Part shown: piece by piece, positions 13,815 through 27,362 of the stretch | Position numbering within the stretch: the stretch's first letter is position 1 | Layout of the letters: each line of letters opens with the position of its first letter | Assembly: GCA_964016885.1 (NCBI GenBank) | Contig: OZ024745.1 | Span: 116,312,001 to 116,376,000 of the forward strand | Source: Eledone cirrhosa | Taxonomy: Eukaryota | Reading direction: 5' to 3' | Length of the DNA stretch: 64,000 nt | Program-made: the position numbers and the translations under genes | Notes under the pieces: model-generated | The model's database searches: none | The model's input: the letters and a program-made list of their open reading frames with translations, nothing else | Told to the model about the DNA's origin: nothing

Positions 13815-14499
13815 GAAATGTATTAAAATAATAGAAGAAAACCAAGTAATGCTCAAGACGTATACTAATCGAACGTTGAATGTAATTAATTTAAAAGCTT
13901 TGCGGAATTTTGTTTTTTCTTAAGGTCATGTAGATTTCCTTGATGGGACATTTTTTAGGCGAACATGTACATAAGTGATAACAGAATCCTATATTTGCCA
14001 CATTGCCAATTTGACAATGAATTCTGTTGTCCAGTTTAAACAATGAAATGATTTCAAATAGGCTAGAAGACAGCATTTTCGAAAATTCCGATTTTAGTTT
14101 ATTTTCTCCATACGATTTCAGCTGAGGAGAGTAAGGTCTTTGCTAGAGTATTTGTCAGAGAAAAGCAGTAAGTGTATGAAATAAAATCTGAATATTTAAG
14201 TTCAGTTAGTTCATTTAAATTAAACTCACAATCTATATGTACAGATATTTCCATTTTTCAGACGGGATTGGCGCAGAAATAAATTAGTTCAAAGGTGAAA
14301 AGAATGGTTCTTAGAAATTGTAAATTAATTAGAAATCTCGTCCTACAGAAAATGAATTTAGAAAAGAGAAAAATTCCTGAATTCGTGTACATACAAATAC
14401 GAGTAAGCCATAAGTATGAAACTTAACAGTAATATTAGTTGCACCAATGTTTGCGGTGCCTCATGTTGTATGGTCTAAAGTCTAATGTCTGTCTTAAGC

Positions 14500-14757
14500 C
14501 AGAAGGCTCATTTGGCCGATGCTTATACCGGTTTCATAGCGTGAAGCGACTGAGAATACACGACTCCCCCTGGACAGGACGCAAGTCCATTGCAGGGTTA
14601 AACCTCCATCTATTGCTGGTACTCATTTTCAGCTGAGTATAATGGAGCAACGTGAAATGAAGTGTTTTGCTCCAGAAGACAACACGCAACCCAGGAATCT
14701 AACCCATGATATTATAATCGTAAGTCCAACACCCTTACCACTAGGCCACGTGCCTCC
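14500..14757 (-). mobile_element. tRNA-derived SINE, family B
   Basis: Reverse-complement head GGAGGCACGTGGCCTAGTGGTAAGG (A box), body GAGCAAAACACTTCATTTCACGTTGCTCC, ATGGACTTGCGTCCTGTCCAGGGG; related to 31328, 49812 and 62990. Confidence 0.8.
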
Positions 14758-16652
14758 ACTCTTGTTGTATGGTACATGTTTGAAACTAAGACCGTAACGG
14801 CTCCGTCAGGGAATTGCGATTTACATGGTCATCCAGTAATAATTCTTTTCAAGTGTACCTCTAAGTTTCGTATATGTACACACGATGTATCCATCTTATG
14901 TCTTTGGCACGATAACACAATTTCAGAATGAAATAGATTGACATTTATTAGAATTTAAGCGATAGATGGTGCTTTGAATTCTGCGAGTTTACAACACGAC
15001 AATAGGCGAATGTCACCTGTCAAAATGGAACATTGTTCTTCTATTCATAGTGTAAATATGCCTATATTTTAATAGAACATGAAACTAGATGTTGAAACGT
15101 TTTGCCATTCTTGAAGACATTTGGTTTGGAATTAATATAAATCAAGCTTCATTCAGAAATCAAAACTGTTTCATGTACATCATGGGCTGGTATACCTCCT
15201 CGGAGATGATGTAAACTTTTTATTATCTGTTAGGATATGTAAAACCTCTCGTATTGCTTGATTGGACTGTATTTGATACATTAAATTACCTGGAGTCAAG
15301 CCAAATAACATGAAAGATGTAACGATTGACTCTACGTATTAAATCGACCTGCTAGAAATCAGAGCATTTCGCTGAAATGAAGCCTTTCTGTCTTGAAAAA
15401 GAAGAAGGCATGTTAGAAATTATGGACGGAATATACCGAGTCTGAAACACAGATAGGATCGCCAAGTCTAGAAACATATATTGGATAAGTGTGGCCCATG
15501 GTCACTAATTGAGTTCAATTTCAACAACAAAAATAATTACAACAGCATCAAATTCTATCCATAACTATTAAATTGTACATATCCAAGGAAAGAGAATATC
15601 GTACGTAGTTTCTATATGACGTTTCTTTATTCAAATCATTATATATCAGTTTCATCTGGTATTTATTCTTTTCCATGCCACCAACTTGCATATTCAATAA
15701 ACAGGTCTATGGTATTAAATCATTTCCCCTGAAATGATGACACTTTTATAGGTATATTTTAATCTATCTCTTATGCAATGTTGCCGTAATCTCTGCATGT
15801 AATGTCAATACTAATAAAGTAAACGAAATCCATACACACATTTGTATATATGCCGTTTAAACCTTAAATGTAAAGATACGTAGTAATAGTTTAACACCTA
15901 TGAAATTAGTAATAAAAACATCAATTCTCGACGGGACTACTTAGGCTATTACGAATGCAAAACGATAATCAAAAGTTACCTCTGTATTCATGATACATGT
16001 TCAGAAACCGAGTGGGATTGAATGAATAGCCATGTCAACAATTTAGCAAATTAAAGGAGTATCTATTTTACATTAATCATCCAATCTAACAGAAAATTAT
16101 CAGTGATTTCTACGAATAGCCAGTGTTTCGATTAGTTAATCACATTTGTGTTTACAAACGTAGTTTACGGTTGCACAGTCAGCAGATCATTTATCAGAAT
16201 ATTCATTCTATTACGTACATGTTTGAAAGGTTGATCCCGATTCACCAGCGTCTGACTCAATTTGATATTACTACCAATGTTATTTTATTGCTCGAATAAT
16301 TTAAGGATAGATAAAATAATTACACTATTTGCTATCTGCTTACTACCTTGTTGAGTTCGAATTTCGCTAGTGTTTAATTTGCACGAGACTGATGGAATAT
16401 GTACTAGTAATATATACAAACGACCCATATAGTTAATAACACTTCCACACAACAGCATTGGTCTATGCAAAATACATTAATGTTTCATTCTAAACATTTG
16501 CCTGTCAACTTTTTATCGAATCAAAGTACACAACGTTACATGTATTACAGAGATCTATATATTTCATCTACATTGAAATACAATCAGACAAAACAGATAG
16601 TTTCAACACCAACCATCAGTAATGTTTAAACTAAAACAAACAATTTGTTCAT

Positions 16653-17720
16653 ATAGGATATTAACCAATATATATGATGTTAACCAATATATATATGATA
16701 TTAACCAATAAATATAGGATATTAATCAATAAATATAGGATATTAACCAATATATATGATGTTAACCAATATATATAGGATATTAACCAATAAATATAGG
16801 ATATTAACCAATATATATAGGATATTAACCAATATATATAGGATATTAACCAATATATATGATGTTAACCAATATATATGATGTTAACCAACATATATAG
16901 GATATTAACCAATATATATAGGATATTAACCAATATATATAGGATATTAACCAATATATATAGGATATTAACCAATATATATAAGATATTAACCAATATA
17001 TATAGGATATTAACCAATATATATAAGATATTAACCAATATATATAGGATATTAACCAATATATATAGGATATTAACCAATATATATAGGATATTAACCA
17101 ATAACTATAGGATATTAACCAACATATATAGGATATTAACCAATATATATAGGATATTAACCAATATATATAGGATATTAACCAATATATATAGGATATT
17201 AACCAATATATATAGGATATTAACCAATATATATAGGATATTAACCAATATATATAGGATATTAACCAATATATATAGGATATTAACCAATATATATAGG
17301 ATATTAACCAATATATATAGGATATTAACCAATATATATAAGATATTAACCAATAAATATAGGATATTAACCAATATATATAGGATATTAACCAATATAT
17401 ATAAGATATTAACCAATAACTATAGGATATTAACCAATATATATATAGGATATTAACCAATATATATAGGATATTAACCAATATATATAAGATATTAACC
17501 AATAAATATAGGATATTAACCAACATATATAGGATATTAACCAATATATATAGGATATTAACCAATATATATACGATATTAACCAATAAATATAGGATAT
17601 TAACCAATATATATATAGGATATTAACCAATATATATAGGATATTAACCAATAAATATAGGATATTAACCAATATATATAGGATATTAACCAATATATAT
17701 AAGATATTAACCAATATATA
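16653..17720. repeat. 21-bp minisatellite (AGGATATTAACCAATATATAT), about 50 units
   Basis: Direct reading; units vary by TA slippage and A/C substitutions. Confidence 0.97.
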
Positions 17721-18164
17721 ACCAAGCATCGAATAGTTTGTTATTAATCTAATAAATGTGTACATTGCTTATTGATAAACTAAAGTAAGGAAATGTCAGA
17801 CAGGTTTATATCATTCTTATGAGGCATCTGCAGCAGTGATTCCCTTTAAATATGAAGTTAACATACCTACAACTGTATTGTTGCTGTTTAGCCTCATGAC
17901 AAAACTGACCGAGCATGGCTATAATAAAAAAAAACATTCAGCTATGACCATTACATATTTTGTATTAACTGCTATTTATATCAGGTAGAATGACTATGTA
18001 GGAGTCCCCTCATTGGTTCATCTACATCTAAATACTCAATATAATTTTTTTTAGTTAATTAGAGAGAGGGGGGGGGGGGTAGAATGTGGGGTGGAATAGT
18101 ATTTCCCTCCCTCTATGTAGAGAGTGTATCATTTCTGTGACCTACGAAGTTTTTCTAGTCACGG

Positions 18165-18570
18165 TTCTTGGATACAGAGAAACAAGGAATTAGAACACAA
18201 TAGATCTGATTGTAGATGTAGCCTGTCCCTTTGACACGAGAGTGCAAGAAAAGGAGAAGGAGAACATTTACCGATACCAGGATTTAAAGTGGGAAAATAA
18301 AAAAGGATTTGGAACTCTCATGAGATCAAGGTCATCCCAATTGCCATAGCAGCACTAGGTACTATCTCGAAGAGTTTTCATGTTAAAAAATATTAGGCAG
18401 CCCCTTTTATTGGAACACTTCAAAAGGCATGCTTGCTGGGAACAGCAAGAACCCTCCGATACGTCCTGAATATCTGTGGCTGCAGGTAGCGGCTTGATAT
18501 TCATTTCAACAAACTTTTCAGTTAAATAACATCAATGACTGAGACTCAAAGAACAATAATAATAATAATG
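18165..18570 (+). mobile_element. 3' fragment of an R4/Dong-like non-LTR element (restriction-like endonuclease)
   Basis: IQRNKELEHNRSD / LIVDVACPFDTRVQEKEKENIYRYQDLKWE / RIWNSHEIKVIPIAIAALGTISK / LQKACLLGTARTLRYVL, then (TAA)n tail into (GAT)n. Confidence 0.8.
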
Positions 18571-18579
18571 ATGATGATT

Positions 18580-18619
<40 letters not shown>

Positions 18620-18981
18620 CGATGGTTATGTACAAAAAGAAAATCAATAATGTTTGGGATATTTATGGTCTCAGTGTAAATCTGAAGACGATAGCTAACT
18701 GGAGATATTGCAGAAAGTACATTAATTTCCAAGAGAAATAGATAGGAAATTTAAGTTACAAATTGTAAGGTAACCCTGAAGAGAGGAAAATAAGATAAAA
18801 TGCTAATATCATGCTATATAAAGTAACTCAGACAAGAGAGATAGAACAAATACAGGTATACAATTAGTTAGGAATCATCTAGAAAGTCTACAAGACACAT
18901 AAATAAAAGTAAAGTTTAGCAAAGAATATTGTAAGTGGATTACTACTTCAGACAGAACTGAAAGTAATGTAACACACATAA

Positions 18982-19173
18982 ATAATTCTTTCTAAATTTG
19001 GCACAAGGCCAGCAATTATCCCAGTGTATTACTGGTAATTTATTTTATCGACCCCGTAAGGATGAAAGGCATAGTTAACATCGGCGGCATTTCTGCTCAT
19101 ATCGTAAGAGGCCGTAACTCTATACTGTAAAGGATGACGTCCGACCCTCTACCGATACTGCCAATCCACCGCC
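18982..19173 (-). mobile_element. Family A SINE with TSD ACACATAAATAAT
   Basis: Consensus match and flanking duplication. Confidence 0.9.
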
Positions 19174-20175
19174 TTTTATACACATAAATAATGTATCGGT
19201 GATATTAATACGTTAGATTTAATATTCGTAACTGAACTTTAAAATAAACAAACATGTTTAGATAGATAATTAATGACTACATTTGTATAGCACCCAACAT
19301 TGATGTATAATAAATATAATCACCAAGAATACTGCGGGGTATGTGGCCTTTTGCATCTAGAAAATTATTTTAAAATATCCACAAGACTAAAAAGTTAATG
19401 GCATAGTCACTGCTTTAAAACTGATAGCGTATGGTATTCAAAATGTTTTTAATTAAGCATACGGTATATTACCAAATTTACTATACATACATTCATATAT
19501 ATATATATATATATCTATCTATATATATATATATTGAGTATATGTTGGTTGTTTACCGATACCTCAGTATGCAGATTGGAGCACTCGGCGAAGTACGCAG
19601 GCTGGTTTGTTTACTCCGGAGTAATATAAAATAATTACGTCAAATATGTAAAATTTGGCTTCGTTTTTTATATGTGTAATTTGGGGAAAGTGTATTTAAA
19701 TTTGTACACTGTAGCTTTCACCAATCTTTGCCTCTTATGGCAGTAGGATCTTGTTTCAGGGAGATTTGTTTTCTATTTCTATTAGCTATACCAACAGTTA
19801 TAGTGGCTCACATGACATGCATAGATGCATACACACACATGTATGTGTGTAAGACTGTTGTTTGGGATTTGAAATGGATTTTGCTAATATTTCTAGTAGA
19901 TCGAGTTACCACATAGAACCATTCCTTTTTGCTTCATACATATATACATACCTGAGAAAGTAAGGTGGGATTTGAAGGAAATTTGGCTGCTATTTCTACC
20001 CAACAAAGTCCTCACTTATACTACTTTATATAGCAGAGGCACCCTGGAATGCCTGCATATTCTTCCAAAGTAACACCATGCAGTAAATTTACGGCTTCAG
20101 AATTCCTTACAAACTACATGACTAAGGAATTAGGATCTGTGCTTATTTGCATTGAATGAGGAATTACGACATTGC

Positions 20176-23100
20176 TCATTCCAAAGCCTTGGTTTTGCCC
20201 TGTTGTGCCACAATGAAGAGACAATCAGGGTTCCCAACACTTGTTGTGCCAACATAGAGTTGACCATGTGAAAAGACAGGATCTGCCAGATTCAACCCAA
20301 CGACTTTCAATGATTGGCCTTGAGATTTATTAATGGCCATGGTAAAACTGAGTCTGATCGGAAATTGAAGTCTTTGAAATTCAAATGGCAAATCAGTTGG
20401 CTTCAGAGGTATTCTGGAAATGAAACAATTGTCACCAGCAAATTTTCCTGACATGATTGCAACTTTTAGAACATTGGACATCATATTTTTGATGATGAGT
20501 CTTGTGCCATTACAAAGGTTTGGAGGATCCAGATTGCGAAGTAGCATAAGCGATGCTCCAAGCTTCAGTATCAGGTTGTGTGGAGTAATTCCCGCTCGGT
20601 CAAGACTTTCAAAAATTCAGTTGGATAGTTTACAACCTGGTCTTGAGAAGTGATTTTGTGAACTGATTTATAGCATATTTTCTCTCCCGGTAACATCTCC
20701 AGCAGCCTTCTGTTGATTTCTCTCACAGCAAAATTTTTAGGTGCTAAGATTGCTAGTTCACAGAGCCATTTCGGATCACATTGCCTGGGCTGAATGTTTG
20801 GAAACACTCTGGCAAGCAGTTCTTGTTCTGTGGCAATGATATGGCTAAATGACAACTGAATATGGTCATTGGAGTCCTTTTCAAGAAGTCCATTTCCCAA
20901 TCTAAGTAGTTGGATTGAAAACTCGCTGACACCTTTGTCACCAGTTAATTGCACAGGCATGTTGGTTGTAAGGCTCAGCAGCTGAAAGCGGGGCCAGAGA
21001 TAGGATGTTTTCAGACAGGCATTGACCTGATCAGCTCGAGTCCCTCGAAGAATTATAAGCAGAGTTTGTCTGAAATCACCAGCAAGATCCATTGTCACTC
21101 CTCGCATTATCCAACTATTTTCTCTCAGATCCCTTATCGTCCGGTCCAATGCTTCAATTGCTCCTTTATGGCTCATAGTAGCTTCATCCCAAATTATCAT
21201 CTTGCATGTTTGCAGAAGCTTGGCCTTGTGTGAGTTCTTGATGTTGCAAAAAGATTGTTCATGCCGTGAGAGATCTATGGGCAGCTTAAACATGGAGTGT
21301 GCAGTTCTTCCTCCACCCAGAAGTGTTGCTGCAACGCCACTTGAAGCCAGCCACAGCAAGGGCAATATGCTGTTTTCAGCGAACTTTTGCAAGCAGGGGG
21401 TTTATGTCTTGCCTGTGCCAGCAGGAGCATCGATGAAGAAAAGTCCTTCCCTGTCATTTTGGATGTTTTCGATGATGTTGTGGTAGGCGTATTTCTGGTC
21501 ATCCATCAATCGATTACATTTCATTATCATCCACAAACTTACGCAATGCTTGAATATCGTAGTTTGTCTCCTGAAAAATCTCTTGTGATACTTCCATTTG
21601 GCTCTGGCATCCCGTAGTTAGCTAATGTGCTATTCATTGCTCGAACTCGATGGGACAGGTCACAGAGAGCTTGATTTTAAATCCTGGGGGTATATTCCAT
21701 ATACATATTGCCATGATGTCTTGGGGCTAGGTGTAGATATTCGTCCGACATATTTTTTTTTGTACTCCTGCCAGAGTAGATAAGCCTCATCAATTCCACA
21801 TGCTGTGAGCATAATAGCAAATAATTGTCTTATTTGACTGGCTACTTGAGTGATTGCTGATTCTTCGAGTCACTTCTTCTATTGTCCATTGTCATGCAGG
21901 AGTCCATACTGTTTACATGTTGCGCACTCCCTTTCTCTGAAGCACCTAAGATCCTGAAATGACGTTGGTCCTCGAACAGTATGCAGAAGTAGCCGTAAAT
22001 AAAAACATTCTCTGTTGTTGGGATGGACATTGTAAACACGCCCAATAGCATCACTTGACTTGACTACATGACTTTCCACTAAATGACCCTGCTTTCTTCG
22101 ATTCCAGCTCTTGCAATTGGTCCAGGTGTAGTATGTTGGGACTTCAGCATATATGAGGGATCGAGCAAATTCATCATTCTGGCAGAGTTTAAAGAAAGCA
22201 GTTAGTGTAGTGTCATGTGATGCTGTGTCAACTGATGAGCAGTGATCTCAGTGCAGTACACTCTTTCCAGATGGACTGCGCGGTTGACCACTATTGGGTG
22301 GAGTTGGTGGATATCAAATCCAAAGATTCGCCAGATAGCTATATTGCTGGAGATATATCGACATGTTTGATACCGTTTGACCTCATCCATCTCACCAACA
22401 TTGAGTTCTTTGTCAGTAATAAAGATAGCCATGTCACTGCCCTTGTTGATATATTTTGTGACATATAGGATTGCCTTGACGGAGCTGCAATACTCAACAT
22501 TGATATGAGTTTTTAAAAGTTTACACAACAGTTTGTGTGTGCGACGACCCAATGATTATTTATGGTCAGCTCCTCTCCTCGAACTGTTAGGATTGCAATA
22601 TTTCCCCAAGGTTCTGGTCTACGCCTGCGATAAAGGGGGTATCCATTATTGTCAGTCCGAGTTTCCCGAATAAACGCTCTAGGATAATGCTTGCTGCATT
22701 TTTTATCTTTCATGCAGGGAGAGGCTGGATTGATGACTCCACATGGACCATGAATGAGTTTGGACTTGATGGTTTCAAAGAGCTCTGGATCACCACCTTT
22801 ATCAGGCAACTCTGCTGAAATGATCTTATCAACCTCATTTGGTCTTAACTTCTCCTTGCACCAGATTACTGTGTGTGAGTGAGGAAGACCTCTCTTCTGC
22901 CACTCAATAGTGGTCATCCAAGCACTAAGCTCACCAAAGATTCTTCCTTCTTTTAGGAGCCAGATGAGTTTTTTGGGCTTTTCATGGAAAACCCGAGCAA
23001 TGAGGTCTTGTCGATCCTTTAGTTTTTGATTTTGAAATAATTCATTTGATATTTCTGACCAGTTTGAATTGCATGTAAATGTAATGAAGAGATCTGTCCG

Positions 23101-24514
23101 ACCAAATTTTCTGACATATGCCATTGCATCTTGCATGCGTTCATGCATGTAACGTGGTCCTCCCGTGAAGCTTGATGGTAGTATGACTGGCTGGCCAATA
23201 TTTATTGGGTCAACATCAGAATTGATGGCATCTCTAAGGTGGATCTAGTTTTCTGCCCTCAATTTAGTATGGTTCCTTCGCAGAAAACCCAATCTTTCTG
23301 TTTCAATTTTGGCATACATGTCCACCATGAACTGGCTGGTTACTTCTTTGAATCGCAGAGCTTGGTTGAAGTGGTCACGTACCCTGAAATGATAAGCATA
23401 GAATTCTTTGCAGCTGATTGATCGGCCAGTCTCTTGATCTGCAGTAGCTGGAAATGATATCCATCTTGACCATTCGAAAAGATGAGGCTCTATGAGTTTC
23501 ACAAATTCGCTCCAAATGTCCACTTCGTTTTTTCAAAACAATGTCACGTATTTCATGCTGTTCATCAACAATTATGATTGCAACTTCATCAGTGACAGGT
23601 GCATTGAATCTGCGCTCATGTTCTGAAGCAAGGTGTTTGCCTGCCCTAATGATGATTTTACGATCTCTGGTGTTGTTCATACGCTCCAGTGCATATTTAA
23701 ATACACTGACGTACATGGGATGTTGGTGAAGCATTTCTTGTAACTTTATGACTATGTAGAACTGCAATCCATCATGGAGATTAGTACATCTTTGTTGTGC
23801 CTGTGTTTCATTTCCACCCATGAAGTAACCCTGCACAAATTTGTGAGGATCCTTTGAAAGTGGCAGAGGGCCACCCATTAAGTGGTAACACTGTCCCTGA
23901 ATTTTATAAGTTGTACAGAATCTAAAGTCAGTCACATTCCTGTAAGCCCCAAATAATGTCATTTGAAAGCCAGAATTATATTTTATGATGTATTTATTGA
24001 AGTGTCGTGCTTCTGGTGTATCCTGAAGGGGCAGATTCTTCAGAAATTCACGAGGTTCTTGTATTGTTTTAAGGCTCACTTTAGCTTTTGAGCAGCATAG
24101 ACTTGGTGTTTCTGCTGCCCACTTCTTGGCACCACAATACTGGCAGCATTTGTTCTTTTTCCCAATGTTGATTTGTGGATTACTGCTGTAGTCCTTTTGG
24201 GGGTCATAAGAAAAAGCACCCATCAGCCAGTTCATTTTACTTGTGGCTTGTTCTCCTGCTCGGGCAGCAGAACAATGTGCTTGATTATCATTTCGTCTGA
24301 TTTGCTGCTGTTCCTTAATTTGTTGTTCTCCTTTAGCAGCAGTCCTTTTTTCCCTTTCATCCAAATGGTGTGCTCATGCTAAAGCTGTTTGGGCTCTGTT
24401 AGCAGCTAGACGGGCATGCCGAACTTCTTCACTTTCTTCAGATCGGTGTGTTTTCTTTCTCTTAGCCTCTGAAGATGACCTTCCATATAATGATCTGGAA
24501 CGTTTTCTAGGCAT
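20176..24514 (-). pseudogene. Helitron Rep/PIF1-like helicase (RepHel), multiple frameshifts
   Basis: MPRKRSR basic N-terminus; CQYCGAKKW..LCC Zn finger; Rep motifs DLFITFTCN, EWQKRGLPHSH (HUH), YVTKYINKG; helicase motifs DAPAGTGKT, IIWDEATM, GDFRQTL, LCNGTRL, INKSQGQS. Confidence 0.95.
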
Positions 24515-24541
24515 TTGAAGTGATATTATTACACACCACAC

Positions 24542-24600
24542 AATAAAATAATGCACTCGAATAATTGCTGGCCTGATGCCCAAAGTAGAAACAATTATTA
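24542..24600 (+). mobile_element. 5'-truncated family A SINE with 17-bp TSD, inside the Helitron
   Basis: AATTGCTGGCCTGATGCCCAAAGTAGAAACAATT flanked by ATTATTACACACCACAC at 24525-24541 and 24594-24610. Confidence 0.8.
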
Positions 24601-25959
24601 CACACCACACTCTTTCCGAAATAGAAACAACTCAGTAAAGTTGTTTTAAATGATCTCTTTATATGAATGCATATTAGGTGTAATTAATTTTAGACATATG
24701 TAGAAAATATTGGGATTTCAGATTGTATCCAAAAAAACGACAAACACTACAAAAAAAAATATTTTCTGTGTTAATTCAAATAAGAGCGAAAAATAATATA
24801 TTTAAATAATATCTTTTAAAAATACCGTTTTTTTTGGCTGTTAAATACATACATATATACAACTTCGATAAAAGTATCTGTGATTTCTTTAGACATATGT
24901 AGAAAATAAGCTTTGATGGTAACATATATCGTCTGCTAAAGAAACCCCCCCCCCCCCATAACACACACATATGTGTGTGTAATTATACATATGAACTTTT
25001 TTTTCTCACTTGTCTTTTTCTCCCCATCCGCTTCACTCCCTTTCTCTTTCTCATCTCCTCTCTTTCTTTCTCTCTCTCATCCTTACACAATAGCAAACAA
25101 AACATAAATAAAAGATAAATAACATTGGGAGAGTTAAGAAGTGTGTAAAAATAATAAATAAATAAAAGTTAATGAACGCTAGCCACTTTCCCCCTCTCTC
25201 TCTCTCTCCCATCCCATTACTCTCTCTCTTTATTTCTCTCTCACGTCCCCCTCTCTCTACGGAATAGAACACAAAATGTAAAGAAAAGATAAATAACGTT
25301 AAGGAAGCGGGAGAGTTAAAAAGTGTGTAAAAATAATAAATAAATAAAAGTTAAGAACGCTGATTACTTTGGTCTCTTTCTCTTTCATCGTTTTTCTCTC
25401 TCATCCTCATACTCTCTTTCTTTCTCTCTCACATCTTCTTACTCTCTCTCTCACCCATCTCCCACTCATCCCTTACTCTCTTTCTTTCTCTCTCCCATTC
25501 ACTCTCTCACTTTCTCTCTCATCGCCTTACTCTCTCTCCCATCTCCCACTCCCACTCTCACTCTTTCTCTCTTCCATCCCTGCCTCTCTTATCTACAGAC
25601 TGGAGAACATAAAAAAAACAAAATGGATGATCTCTTTTGATATTCATTAGAAAATAAGATAAATTGAATTTAAATGAATTCCTTGCTTTGCAAAGTAAAA
25701 CTTTTTTGACCGTTACCTGTCCGAGCGTATATTGAATATGTACATGTAATTTTGAGGAGTTTGTTATATGTTATATATATTGTATATATATATATATATA
25801 TATTTACAATCGAGTTCCTCCTAATTCTGTTTATTATAGAAATGTAACGATTGCTGCTGACAAATAAAGGGTGTCTAGTGTATATAATTAGAAATGAATA
25901 GATTATACCCTCGAAAAGCATAACCATATTTCTTGCTGTAAAGTAGTTCATGCATTTCT

Positions 25960-26530
25960 GACTCCGGAACACTATGCGTCCATTGGTTGTTATTCAGTAC
26001 ACTTCGGCCTGCTTCCATTTGTACACAGTTATACCTAAAATATGTTAGTACTTCATTGTTCTTGTTGAAAGCTGCCCAACCTACAGCGATGCGGTATTGC
26101 ACAGCAACCATTCCATTGTTGATTGAAGATAGTTTGTGACTGAGATATACAAACTCTGTAACTTGAGCAATTTGCTTCTTGTAGATTATAAGTTGGAGAT
26201 TGGCATTGTTTTCTTCAGTTGTCGTACATTTTGTTTTGGAGATGTTGATGTGTAAGCCAGCCTCCAGCGATCTTAGGCCAGTACATTCAGAAAGTCTTTT
26301 AGATCAGTTTTAGAGTAATTCATAGCTAAGATTTGATAGGATTTTACCTCCTATTTGATAGGCAGAGGAGCATTCTTCTTCAGTTTGGTAGATACGTGCA
26401 GCTATAACAATACAGAAAGGAAGTGTTGAAAGTAGACCCCTGCTTAACTCCCTTCAAGATGTCTATACAGCGTATAGGAATCGAACTTTTTTCAGAGAGT
26501 TATCACATGTTGATGCGCAGTCTGCAACAA
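25960..26530 (-). mobile_element. RTE-like LINE reverse transcriptase fragment
   Basis: GVKQGS; SLEAGLHINISKTK; QIAQVTEFVYLS; VQYRIAVGWAAFNK. Confidence 0.75.
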
Positions 26531-27292
26531 GCGGAGTTTAGCGTCAAAAAGTATACCTAAGATATATTTGTAATTATATATTATTTCTTATATTTCTGAT
26601 GATTTGCTGAACTCAGATATAATACGAGTTAGTGAATAAAGAAAAATCTTATCCAGCATTCGTACATGATTGCATAACAGTAATGAAACAGGTGTTCAGT
26701 AATATAATGTATGAAATCTTTCGTCAAATCTCCCCCTCTACTTGCCTGGTTTTACACAATAATTTATTTATGCTATATGTATGCATGTATATATATATAT
26801 ATATATATATATAGATTAACCTGTGTTACTACTTGGAATAAACTCTATTGTTCAGCCGATCCGTGTTATTCTTCACTCCATTATTATAATCAGAAGATCC
26901 CGTTAAGGGTGAGAGCAGCGATTCTTTGCTTAAACTTTAATCTGTTATTTATATATATATATATATATACATATATCATAAATCATGTCCTTAAAATGAT
27001 TAGATAAAATATATACCATTTCCTCTCCCAATTAGTATAATTAACCATATAAAAAAAATCAATTAGACCAGGCTATAAGAATAAAGGCTCCTATGAAGAA
27101 ATATTTGATAAATAACCGAAAGCGGCCTCTTCGCGGTGACCTCAATGGAGTATTTACCCAACATTTCAACAGGTTATATATATATATATATATAGTATAT
27201 ATAGTATATATATATATAGGAAAGTTATATATATATATAGTATATATATATACATATATATATAATATATATAGGAAAAGAGTCAGGACCCT

Positions 27293-27362
<70 letters not shown>

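Larger units (their letters stand above)
12530..14080. repeat. ~120-bp inverted repeat pair (12530-12649 and 13960-14080)
   Basis: GAAAATGCTATCTTCTAGCCTATTTGAAATC...TGTACATGTTCG versus CGAACATGTACA...GATTTCAAATAGGCTAGAAGACAGCATTTTC, few mismatches. Confidence 0.9.
20021..25659 (-). mobile_element. Helitron, near full length, inactive
   Basis: RepHel coding fragments; 3' hairpin AGGCATTCCAGGGTGCCT (20037-20054, read on minus) about 12 nt before GTAG|T (CTAG-like); candidate 5' A|TC at 25659 is uncertain; tandem duplication in the 5' region (~25100-25370). Confidence 0.85.

Noticed and set aside
16653-17720. CRISPR-like regular repeat
   Set aside because: No unique spacers; it is a tandem array in eukaryotic DNA.
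16846-17765. Long ORFs (ILVNILY, YWLISYI, RILTNIY repeats)
   Set aside because: Translations of the 21-bp minisatellite; no coding evidence.
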